From: an uncultured Verrucomicrobiae bacterium
Lineage (GTDB): Bacteria > Verrucomicrobiota > Verrucomicrobiia > Limisphaerales > JAFGQR01
DNA length: 46,858 nucleotides
NCBI GenBank assembly: GCA_963788655.1
Contig: CAWBHS010000066.1
Span: 1 to 46,858 of the forward strand
Direction of reading: 5' to 3'
This document shows positions 10,562 through 21,909 of this stretch, piece by piece; position 1 is the first letter of the stretch, and each line of letters opens with the position of its first letter. A program made the translations under genes and the position numbers. The notes under the pieces were generated by a model, which did no database searches, was not told where the DNA came from, and saw nothing but the letters and a program-made list of their open reading frames with translations.

Positions 10562-11892
10562 ATGAAAACGATCAATCGCCGAAACTTTGTCAAACAATCC
10601 GTCGCCACCGCCGCTACTGTGTCCATTCTCGGAACCCGCAAGGCCTTTGCCGCCAATGAAAAAGTCATCATTGGCGTCATGGGATTGGGGGGCCGCGGTA
10701 CCGCGCTGGCTGAAATGTTCGCCAAGCGGCCCGACGTGGAGATCGCTTACCTGTGCGACGCCGACACCCGGCGCTTTGGCCGCGCGCGGGCAATGGTCGA
10801 TGAAGCCCAGAACCGGATGCCCAAAGTCGTGCAGGATTTTCGTCGCGTGCTGGACGACAAGAACGTGGACGTGCTGGTGAACGCCACCCCAGATCATTGG
10901 CACGCATTGGGCAGCATCATGGCCTGCCAAGCGGGCAAGGACGTGTATGTCGAGAAACCCATGGCTCACAATATCTGGGAAGCCCGGAAGATGATGGAGG
11001 CCGTCAAGAAATACCAGCGTGTTCTCCAGGTGGGGATGCAAACCCGTAGCGCCGCCTATATGAAACCGCCGTCGAATACGTGCAATCCGGTAAACTGGGC
11101 GACGTGTATCTGGTGCGGGTGTACAACATGATGCAACACCCATTTCTAAAGGCCGGCCCCGACCAGGACCCGCCCGCCGGTTTTGATTACGATCTGTGGT
11201 GCGGTCCGGCCGCGAAGCTCCCTTACAATCCGAGCAACCGTTGGCTGAATCTGTATGAATACAGTTGCGGTCCGATCCCAGGCGACGCCGTGCATCAACT
11301 GGACCTGGCGCGTCTGCTGATGGGCGATCCCGCCAGTCCCAAGGCTGCGTCTGCTACCGGTGGCATTTATTCGCTACGCGACGGACGGGACACGCCGGAC
11401 ACGCAAGTGGCCACGTTCGAATACGACCGCTTCAACCTGATCTTCGAGGCTTCCCTCTGGACGCCCTATATGAAAAAGATTCCGGGCGTCGTCCGCGACT
11501 CGGATAAGTTTCCGGACTGGCCGTTTTGCAGCACGAAGATCGAAGTGTTGGGCACCCAAGGCTACATGTATGTGGGCCGGCACGGCGGCGGGTGGCAGGT
11601 TTACAATCAGAATTGTGAACAGATTGTTTCGACCCCGGGACGCCAGGGTGACCAGGAACATTTCGACAATTTTTTGGCCTGCGTTCGCAACCGCAAACAA
11701 CCGAACGCAAATGTCGAACAGGGTTTCCAAACCGTGTTGCTCTGCCACCTGGCCAACATCGCCTGCCGCACGGGCAACCAGAAACTGGTTTTCGATCCTC
11801 AGACCGACACGTTCCCCAATCTGCCGGCGGCCAACGCGTTTGTGAAACGCGCCAGTTACCGGAAGCCCTGGGTGGTGCCGGAGGTTGTGTGA
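10562..11892 (+). CDS. Gfo/Idh/MocA-family oxidoreductase with Tat signal (apparent 1-nt deletion near 11066)
   Basis: NRRNFVK twin-arginine motif, GVMGLGGRG, ATPDHWH, VYVEKP; the C-terminal half continues in ORF 11080-11892 (YDLWCGPA, HQLDLA). Confidence 0.88.
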
Positions 11893-11900
11893 TTCCAGCC

Positions 11901-13031
11901 ATGCGTCACTTGCTCATCCTGGTCCTGGTCGCACTGGGCTCGCTGAAACTTATCATCCCGGTGAACGCGCAATGGTTGACGATTACCAACCTCCATTTAA
12001 GCATTGAGCGCACCGAAAAGGCTGGACCCAACCTGGCCATTGAATACGAACTGCCGGCGACCGATATTACGTCGAACACGCCAGCTTATGTCTTCATCCG
12101 ATATCATCGAACGAATGATCCGGACTGGAGTCTGCTGCCAGCGAGTTCCCTGCGCGGCAATGGTTGCGAAATCGTCAACACGCCTGGCAGCAAGCGGAGC
12201 CTCTGGTGGGGCATTGGCGAGTTGGGGGTAACGAATCTGGATCAGGTGGAACTGCGCGTGCGCGCCCTGCCGATGGTCCGTGTCCCGGCCGGAGAATTTC
12301 ACCAGAAGAGCGTTCCCGGCGCCGGCCATGATTCGTCCAAGACCCAGGTGGATCCCTGTTATGTCCCAACGTATTTCCTCGCCCGCTGTGAAACCACCGT
12401 GGCGATGTATGCGGATTATTTGTGCGAAGCCGGCCGGAATGGTGCCGGGTGGAATCCCCGGATGGAAGACGACGAGCGCTGCGGCATCGAACGTGATCTC
12501 GACGGGACGTTTCACGTGATGGACGGGCGGGGCCAGTATCCGATCAATTACGTTTCGTGGTATGACTCTGCGGCATTCGTGGGTTGGTGTGGTTTGCGTT
12601 TGCCCACCGAGGCCGAATGGGAGAAGGCGTTGCGCGGCGGGATTTATCTCGATGGCGATGACTGCAAGCACGACCGCAATCCGCTGCCCGAACGGCGTTA
12701 CCCGTGGGGCAATGATTCCCCCAGTTCCGGTGGCATCTATCGTTGCAATTACGACAGCGCTGACGACGGATTCGATTACACCGCGCCGGTGGGAAGTTTT
12801 GCGACATTCAACAGCCCCTACGGCGTGTGCGACCTTTCCGGCAACGTGGCCGAGTGGACCATCGATTGGTACAGCACTTCTTATCACGCCGGCCTCGATG
12901 GATTCCGAATGGTTCGTGGCGGTTCCTGGATGGACGTGGCCGACGGTGTGGACGGCGTAAGCGGTGCCACCAGCCTGCCGCTGCGCGAAAACAGCATCAT
13001 GGGCTTCCGGGCTGCATTCCACGCCAATTGA
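11901..13031 (+). CDS. Secreted FGE-sulfatase (SUMF1-fold) domain protein, probably non-catalytic
   Basis: RLPTEAEWEKA, YPWGN, YGVCDLSGNVAEW, RGGSW and GFR motifs; the FGE catalytic Cys pair after RGGSW is absent. Confidence 0.85.
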   Translation: MRHLLILVLVALGSLKLIIPVNAQWLTITNLHLSIERTEKAGPNLAIEYELPATDITSNTPAYVFIRYHRTNDPDWSLLPASSLRGNGCEIVNTPGSKRSLWWGIGELGVTNLDQVELRVRALPMVRVPAGEFHQKSVPGAGHDSSKTQVDPCYVPTYFLARCETTVAMYADYLCEAGRNGAGWNPRMEDDERCGIERDLDGTFHVMDGRGQYPINYVSWYDSAAFVGWCGLRLPTEAEWEKALRGGIYLDGDDCKHDRNPLPERRYPWGNDSPSSGGIYRCNYDSADDGFDYTAPVGSFATFNSPYGVCDLSGNVAEWTIDWYSTSYHAGLDGFRMVRGGSWMDVADGVDGVSGATSLPLRENSIMGFRAAFHAN

Positions 13032-13099
13032 GGCAAAGGCAGACGACCAACCACTGCTGGATTACGCCATGCAGCGCAATCTCGCTGCCGACAAATCCC

Positions 13100-13271
13100 G
13101 GTAGGGCGAGACTCTGTCGAGCCCTGACTTCTTCGGAAGGCATTTGCAGATCCAAAGGCGACCGATGGGAAATATTTGGGGTTCGCAACGCCGAAGGCTG
13201 TCCGCGGTTTCGATTCCTGAGGTTCGAACACGCGGCGGGGAAGTCAGGGCTCGACAGAGTCTCGCCCTACC
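13100..13271. repeat. GTAG-type REP doublet (REPIN-like) with perfect 32-bp inverted arms
   Basis: GGTAGGGCGAGACTCTGTCGAGCCCTGACTTC (13100-13131) is the exact reverse complement of 13240-13271. Confidence 0.85.
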
Positions 13272-13344
13272 AAGCCGGTGTTGGATGGGCTGACAATTTG
13301 GAGGCCTCGAACGTATTCTCCACCACTTCAGCCACTGATCAGAG

Positions 13345-13634
13345 CAACGTTCATTTCCTTGACTGACTCCAGCCAAAGCTTACGAGTCCCTCGTGAACTA
13401 TGGCCAACCGAGCCTTCAGGATCAGGTCTGGGCCGGCTACCGGCGCGGCTATTCGATCGCCGGCGACTGCCCGGCGAGGCGCAGCGCCCTGCTGGCTTTA
13501 TTGAATGAACCTGGAAGCCATCAAGGGGGTCTGTTGGACGCGGACAGCCAGGAACGGCTGATTGTTTGGATGGATATTGATGCCCAGGGAGCCGGCGTTT
13601 TCGGCGCCCAACAGGAGCAGCGGCTTCTTGCCTT
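13345..13634 (+). pseudogene. Orphan C-terminal gene fragment (resembles tails of PVC HzsA-like/SUMF1 multidomain proteins)
   Basis: PAKAYESLVNYGQPSLQDQVWAGYRRGYSIAGDCPARRSALLALL...ERLIVWMD...EQRLLAF is protein-like, has no good start, and runs without a stop into the antisense of eutN; family assignment is from memory only. Confidence 0.35.
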
Positions 13635-13946
13635 CTATTGCTTGGCGTTGAAGATTTGCTTCCCCAAGACATCCACGGAATCCACGATGCCGATAATGAC
13701 GGCGTCCACCGGCGCGTCTTTCATGCCGGGCGCGAAGCGAGCGGAGGTGCCTTGCGTGAACAGCACCATCTCGCCGATGCCTGCCCCCAGGCTGTCCACC
13801 GCCACGATGGTGTTCGCGCCCGCCCGGAACTTCGTGGGATCCTGGTCGTCCACAAGTTGGGGGCGCAGCAACAGCATCTTGCGCCCACTCATGGACGGGT
13901 CTTTCTTGGTCGCGACGACCGCGGCTTCGACTTTGGCCAATAACAT
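13635..13946 (-). CDS. BMC vertex (pentamer) protein, EutN/CcmL family
   Basis: MLLAKVEAAVVATKK, IVAVDSLGAGIGEMV, QGTSAR, PVDAVIIGIVD. Confidence 0.95.
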   Translation of the reverse strand: MLLAKVEAAVVATKKDPSMSGRKMLLLRPQLVDDQDPTKFRAGANTIVAVDSLGAGIGEMVLFTQGTSARFAPGMKDAPVDAVIIGIVDSVDVLGKQIFNAKQ

Positions 13947-13957
13947 ATTCTCGTCTC

Positions 13958-14032
13958 CGTAGCGGCGTTTCGGCAGAGCGCCGCTGTTAGTTGAGATGGA
14001 AGGTGGCGGCGCTCTGCCGAGGCGCCGCTACG
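13958..14032. repeat. GTAG-type REP doublet between the two shell genes
   Basis: CGTAGCGGCGTTTCGGCAGAGCGCCGC (13958-13984) versus the reverse complement of 14006-14032, 25/27 match; same family as 37208-37281. Confidence 0.85.
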
Positions 14033-14033
14033 T

Positions 14034-14315
14034 TCACTTCTTCCTCGGTAATACTGCTTTCACGTCCGCATGCGGACGGGCGATGACGTGGACGCTGACC
14101 ACTTCGCCTTTGATGGCTTTGATGGCCTGCGCGCCGGCCTCTGTGGCGGCCTTGACCGCGGCAACGTCGCCCACGACGCACGCCGTGACGAGGGCGCTGC
14201 CGACCTGCACCATCGGGCCGGCGAGTTCGACGTTCGCCGCCTTGAGCATTGCGTCCGTGCCCTCGACGAGGGCGACGAGGCCGCGCGTTTCAATCATGCC
14301 GAGTGCTTCGCTCAT
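14034..14315 (-). CDS. BMC hexamer shell protein (BMC-H, PduA/EutM-like)
   Basis: [52 protein letters not shown]. Confidence 0.96.
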   Translation of the reverse strand: MSEALGMIETRGLVALVEGTDAMLKAANVELAGPMVQVGSALVTACVVGDVAAVKAATEAGAQAIKAIKGEVVSVHVIARPHADVKAVLPRKK

Positions 14316-14499
14316 TTTTGTTTCTCTTGTTTGGTTAGTACAAATCGCAGAACCACGAATGGACGGCAAGAAACACCAATCCGCACGGTCACCACCACGC
14401 GTCCTCGCGCACGCACGACGGGCCGGCCTGGTAAAGCCACCTGTGAACGTTCAACTGCTGTCCTTTGCCGAACAGAACTTCCACCGCTTCCGGCGGGAG

Positions 14500-15265
14500 A
14501 TGGCAATGGCGGGCGCTGATGTTCGCCACGAGCGGATTTGGAGTGGTCGCAACGTGCGGGATTGGTTTGCCGAACCGTGCATAAACAGCTTGTCGAACCT
14601 GTACGCTGTGTTCTCTCGGTGCTCGAAGTTGGCGGTGGCGTGAAGCGCACCCATGGCGGCGCGCGAATCATTGCCCCGAAGACTGACGAGTTCACCTTCT
14701 CCGCCCGTGATACGCACCAGCTTTCCGAAAAGGACGCCATCGGCAAGGCGTGCGCGGAACTCATTGGCCCCAACCAAAGCGTGATCATTGACGCCGGGAC
14801 GACAGTCTATCACGTCGCTAAATTCTCGAAGCGAAGGCGCCGCAGATTGTGACGAATTCGTTGCCGGTGGCGAACCTGTTTGCCTCGGCGAATCGCGTGG
14901 AGGTGGTGCTCTCCGGCGGCGTATTCTATCCGCAGATCGGCGTGCTGGTTGGCCCGCTGGCCGTGGAGGCCTTCTCCAAGATCAACGCGGATGTCGCAGT
15001 GATGAGCGCGGGCGGAATCACGTTGGACGGACTCACCAATTCGCACGGGCTGCTGATTGACATCCAACTCGCCATGATTCGCGGGGCCGCCAAAGTCATC
15101 ATGTGCCTGGATCACACGAAGTTTGGCCGGCGCTCCGTCACGCCGCTGTGCGATCTGGAGCCGATTGACACGATTGTCACCGACAACCAAGCGCCGGTGG
15201 AATTGATTCAGGCCCTGCGCGACAAGGGAATCGAAGTCGTGGTCGCAACCAAGGCATCAGCCTGA
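14500..15265 (+). CDS. DeoR/GlpR-family regulator similar to those of PVC BMC loci; N-terminus degraded or garbled, frameshift near 14825
   Basis: VKRTHGGA, EKDAIGKACAELI, IIDAGTT, VTNSLPVA, LSGG, LDHTKFG; start position uncertain. Confidence 0.75.
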
Positions 15266-15319
15266 TCGCGCTGCCTCCGACCGCGGCGCGGCGGCTTGTC
15301 AACCACTTGCCTGATCGGG

Positions 15320-17826
<2,507 letters not shown>

Positions 17827-17853
17827 GGTGGTTCCTTCAGGTGTCAGGTTGCG

Positions 17854-17925
17854 GATTTCAAATTTCAGATTTCAAACTTCAAAATGTCGGCTGTGAGATT
17901 TCACGTTTCACGTTTCAAATGTTCA
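17854..17925. repeat. Two short arrays of degenerate NNTTTCA heptamers
   Basis: gatttca-aatttca-gatttca-aacttca (17854-17881) and gatttca-cgtttca-cgtttca (17897-17917). Confidence 0.7.
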
Positions 17926-18690
17926 GCGCTCAGGTCTCGGGTAATCCACCTGAATGCCTCGAGCGCTCAGGAATTCCATCCACTCCGGGGTCGGCGCCTG
18001 GTCGGTCACGATCCGGGAGACGGAACTCCACTCCACCACTTTGCACAGCGACGCGGCGGTGAACTTGGTGTGGTCCACGAGCAAAACGGTCTGGCGGGCA
18101 TTGCGAACGGCGCGGCGATTGAGGTCGGCGCTCTCCAGGTCCGCGGCAGCCGGGCCGAAATCGCGGTCCAGCCCATCGGCACCGATGAAGCAGACGTAAC
18201 CGCGGAGCTGGTCGAGCGTGGCGGCGGCGAGCAGCCCGACGGTGTCCATGCGATCCGGACGATACTGGCCGCCCAGCAGAATCACCGAGACGCCCGGGCT
18301 GTCGAGTTCGAGCGCCAGCCGCGCGGAAGAACAGATGATCGAGAGCCGCTGGCGGGTCTTGAGGAACGGGATCAACTCAAAGCAGGTGGTGCCGGAGTCG
18401 AGGAAAATCTGCTCGTCGTTGCCGATCAAGTCGGCGGCGAGGCGCGCGATCACGCGCTTGGCATCCACGTTGCGTTTGCCCTTGGAATGGAAGGAATGAT
18501 CGGACGAACGTCGCAGCGTCGCCCCGCCGTACACAAGTTCGAGCTCTCCGGCGGCGGCCAAGGCTTTGAGGTCGCGACGCACGGTTGCTTCCGAGGCGGA
18601 CATCTCGACGGCCAGGTCTCTGGCCGTGACATGACGCTTTTCGGAGACGGCGGCGAGAATCTTCTCGCGGCGTTGACGGGACGAATTCAT
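17923..18690 (-). CDS. DeoR/GlpR-family transcriptional regulator
   Basis: HTH ASEATVRRDL, VYGGA, FLDSGTT, LLGG, VDHTKF. Confidence 0.95.
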   Translation of the reverse strand: MNSSRQRREKILAAVSEKRHVTARDLAVEMSASEATVRRDLKALAAAGELELVYGGATLRRSSDHSFHSKGKRNVDAKRVIARLAADLIGNDEQIFLDSGTTCFELIPFLKTRQRLSIICSSARLALELDSPGVSVILLGGQYRPDRMDTVGLLAAATLDQLRGYVCFIGADGLDRDFGPAAADLESADLNRRAVRNARQTVLLVDHTKFTAASLCKVVEWSSVSRIVTDQAPTPEWMEFLSARGIQVDYPRPER

Positions 18691-18857
18691 GACCTTTGTC
18701 GAGGCTCGGAATGCCAGCGACGCTGCGTTCGGAGCGGATTAAACCCGATTCTGACGGAGAATCAACACATTTTTACAGAAATCTGATTGACTTGTGATCG
18801 CCTTTAACCAAGTCTTGACTGAGTTAAGTATTAAGTTAATCAAGATACCGCTTTAAC
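18691..18857. promoter_or_regulatory. Divergent promoter region between deoR-E1 and the E2-E3 operon
   Basis: AT-rich stretch at 18760-18845 with two TTGACT hexamers (18787, 18815) and imperfect palindromes such as CTTGACT-G-AGTTAAG; no exact promoter assigned. Confidence 0.5.
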
Positions 18858-20417
18858 ATGCCGACACTTACGTTGCCCAAAACAGGCAAATCCGCCTCGA
18901 ACGCCACAGTTCTCCGCTGGCGCAAACAGGCGGGTGATGTAGTCCGCAAAGGAGATGTCCTGCTGGAAGTCGAGAGTGACGACGGGTTGGCCGAAGTCGA
19001 ATCGGCCCTCGACGGCACGCTCCAAAAGGTGCTCGCCCAAGCGGGCACGACCCTCGCCATCGGTGCGCCCCTGGCCGTCATTGACGGGGCGGCAATTCCA
19101 CCTTCCGCACCGTCCACACCACCCCAACCCTCCACTCAGCCACCCCAACCCAAGACCACTCCCGTGTCCACCACCAATACTCCTGCCGGTAAGGTGATCC
19201 CGATTCTCATGCCCAAAGCCGGGCAAAGCATGGAAGAAGGCGTTCTCGTCAAATGGCACGTTCAACCCGGCGCGACCATCCAGAAGGGCGCGCTCATCTT
19301 CGAGATTGAAACCGACAAGGCGACGATGGAAGTCGAAGCTACGGACGAAGGCCGGCTGGCGCGCATCGTGGTCGCGGACGGCGGGTCCAGTCCGGTGCTG
19401 TTGCCAGTGGCGTATCTGGCAGACAACGATGCCGATGTGGATTCGTTCATCGCTGCCCAAGGTGGAGCGTCACCGACGGCCACTGCCGCCAGCGCCGATC
19501 CTACGACGGATGCCGAGCAGCCGTCCGCAGGCGTTGCCGCCCCCGCCGCCGTCACCGAGACCGGCCGCGTGAAAGCCTCCCCGGCCGCCCGCAAGATCGC
19601 GGCCGAGCGCGGTGTGGATTTGTCGGCGGTCGCGCAAGGGTCCGGCCCGGGTGGGCGCATCCTCTCCATGGATGTTCCCGCTGCTGGCGCGGCGAAACCC
19701 GCGGTCGCTCCAACTGCGGCAGCAGCAGTTCCGCAAGGCGATTTGCCCGCCGGTGTCGTCCGCAAGCGGATGAGCGGAATGCGCAAGGCCATCGCCCGCA
19801 ATCTGACGCTTTCCAAAACCACTATCCCGCACTGGTACATCAACGCTCGCATCAATGCCGGGCCGCTGATGACCTTCTACAAGAGCCAGAAGGCCAAGGT
19901 CGGGTGCAGCGTGAACGACGTAATCGTGATGGCATGCGCCAAGGCGATCATGGAGTTCCCGGCCATGCACAGCCGCGTGGATGGCGAAACCATCCTGGAG
20001 TTTCCGGGCGCGAACATCGGCGTCGCGGTGGGCATGGACGACGGGCTGGTGGTGCCGGTGGTGATGAACGCCGAGCAGTTGACCTTGGCGCAACTGGCGG
20101 TCGAAACCAAGCGTCTGGCCAACCAGGCTCGCGCGGGCAAGATCGAAAACATGGGCCTGGGCATTTTCACCATCTCCAACCTCGGCATGTTCGGCGTGGA
20201 CGAGTTCGTGGCGATCGTCAATCCGCCCGAGGCGTCAATCCTGGCGGTCGGCGTCGTGCGCGAGGATGTGATCGTGAAAGACGGCGCGATCAAGGCCGGG
20301 CAGACGCTGACCCTGACCCTCAGCGCCGACCATCGGCTGATTGACGGCACACTGGGCGCGCAATTCATGGCGCGGCTCAAGGCGCTGCTGGAAAGTCCGG
20401 TGCAGTTGATCGCGTAA
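18858..20417 (+). CDS. Dihydrolipoamide acyltransferase (E2) with two lipoyl-type domains
   Basis: Lipoyl motif EIETDKA in the second domain, E3-binding ASPAARKIA..GSGPGGRI, catalytic FTISNLG and ADHRLIDG. Confidence 0.95.
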   Translation: MPTLTLPKTGKSASNATVLRWRKQAGDVVRKGDVLLEVESDDGLAEVESALDGTLQKVLAQAGTTLAIGAPLAVIDGAAIPPSAPSTPPQPSTQPPQPKTTPVSTTNTPAGKVIPILMPKAGQSMEEGVLVKWHVQPGATIQKGALIFEIETDKATMEVEATDEGRLARIVVADGGSSPVLLPVAYLADNDADVDSFIAAQGGASPTATAASADPTTDAEQPSAGVAAPAAVTETGRVKASPAARKIAAERGVDLSAVAQGSGPGGRILSMDVPAAGAAKPAVAPTAAAAVPQGDLPAGVVRKRMSGMRKAIARNLTLSKTTIPHWYINARINAGPLMTFYKSQKAKVGCSVNDVIVMACAKAIMEFPAMHSRVDGETILEFPGANIGVAVGMDDGLVVPVVMNAEQLTLAQLAVETKRLANQARAGKIENMGLGIFTISNLGMFGVDEFVAIVNPPEASILAVGVVREDVIVKDGAIKAGQTLTLTLSADHRLIDGTLGAQFMARLKALLESPVQLIA

Positions 20418-20428
20418 CGGAATTGAAC

Positions 20429-21850
20429 ATGAGCAAGCATTACACGATTGCCGTTCTCGGCGCGGGGCCGGGCGGATATGTCGCGGCCCTGAAAGCCGCG
20501 CAAATGGGAGCAAACGTTGCCCTGGTCGAGAAGGAACACCTTGGCGGCACCTGCCTCAATTACGGCTGCATTCCCTCGAAGGCGATTCTGGGATCGGCCG
20601 AGTTGATGCACCACGTCCAGCACGCGGCGGACATGGGGATTGACGTGCCGGCGGGGGCGGCGGTGAATTGGGCCAAGATTCAATCGCGCAAGGACAAGGT
20701 TCTGCAAACGCTTCGGGCAGGCATCAAGGGACTGCTCGCCGCGAGAAAAGTAGCGGTCTATCAAGGGCGCGCGGCCGTCGCCGGAGTGGGCAAGGTGGTG
20801 GTCACCAAACCGGCCGGCACACTTGAGGAGTTCACGGCGGACCAGATCATTCTCGCGGTGGGATCGGTGCCGTCCCGGATTCCGGGGTGGCCGACGGATG
20901 TCCAGATCGTTTGCACGAGCGACGAGGCCCTGCACTGGAAGACGCTGCCGAAGAAGTTGCTCATTGTCGGCGGCGGCGTCATCGGCTGCGAGTTCGCCTG
21001 CATGATGCAGGCGCTTGGCGTGGCGGTGACGGTGGTCGAAATGCTGCCGCAACTTCTACCGAACCTGGACGGCCAGGTGGCACAATTGCTGACGAAGATT
21101 CTTACCGCACGCGGCATCAAGATTTTCACCGGCGTGAAGATCGAGAGCCTGACGCTGGGCGGTTCGGGCGCAGTGGCGAAGCTGGGTAACGGCGAGAGCA
21201 TTGACGCGGAGCGCGTGCTCGTGGCGACGGGCCGGCGGCCGAACACGGCGGAACTGGGGCTGGAAACCATCGGGCTGACGACCGATCGCGGTTTCATCCG
21301 CGTGAACGATCGCATGGAGACGGCCGTGAAATCGTATTACTGCATCGGCGACGCCAACGGGCGCTGTCTGTTGGCGCACGCGGCGTCAGCCCACGGCGTG
21401 GCGGCAGTTGAGAACGCCCTCGGCCACGGCCACGAATTCACGGCGCCGGTTCCCAACGCCGTCTATACTTTCCCCGAAATCGGGACCGTGGGATTGACGG
21501 CGGAAGAAGCCAAAGCCAGGAGTTTTCCGGTATCGGTCGGGCACTTCCCGCTGACGCATCTGGGCAAGGCGCTCGCGGTAAATGAGAACGAGGGCTTCGT
21601 GAAAGTGGTGCGGCATCGCGAGACGGGCCGCCTCTTGGGCGTCCACATGATCGGGCACAACGTGACCGAGTGCATCGCCGCCGCCGGGGCATTGCTGCAC
21701 CAAGAAGTCAGCGTGCAGGACGTGGCCGAAACTGTCTTCGCGCATCCGACGATCAGCGAAGCCATCAAGGAAGCCGCCGAGGATGCCCTGGCCATGGGCC
21801 TGCATCTGCCCCCGAGGAAGGTGTTGCGGGTGGCGGCCACAGTTCAATAG
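20429..21850 (+). CDS. lpdA: Dihydrolipoyl dehydrogenase (E3)
   Basis: GAGPGGY, GGTCLNYGCIPSK redox disulfide, GGGVIGCE, HPTISE. Confidence 0.96.
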   Translation: MSKHYTIAVLGAGPGGYVAALKAAQMGANVALVEKEHLGGTCLNYGCIPSKAILGSAELMHHVQHAADMGIDVPAGAAVNWAKIQSRKDKVLQTLRAGIKGLLAARKVAVYQGRAAVAGVGKVVVTKPAGTLEEFTADQIILAVGSVPSRIPGWPTDVQIVCTSDEALHWKTLPKKLLIVGGGVIGCEFACMMQALGVAVTVVEMLPQLLPNLDGQVAQLLTKILTARGIKIFTGVKIESLTLGGSGAVAKLGNGESIDAERVLVATGRRPNTAELGLETIGLTTDRGFIRVNDRMETAVKSYYCIGDANGRCLLAHAASAHGVAAVENALGHGHEFTAPVPNAVYTFPEIGTVGLTAEEAKARSFPVSVGHFPLTHLGKALAVNENEGFVKVVRHRETGRLLGVHMIGHNVTECIAAAGALLHQEVSVQDVAETVFAHPTISEAIKEAAEDALAMGLHLPPRKVLRVAATVQ

Positions 21851-21909
21851 GATCGTCGCTGACCGGACCGGGTCGCCCACGAGAATAACAATTATTGGGA
21901 AGTATCGCT

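Noticed and set aside
11901..13271. FGE-sulfatase C-terminus plus downstream hairpin as a diversity-generating retroelement target
   Set aside because: No template repeat with adenine-specific mismatches and no reverse transcriptase in the window; the hairpin is better explained as a REP doublet.
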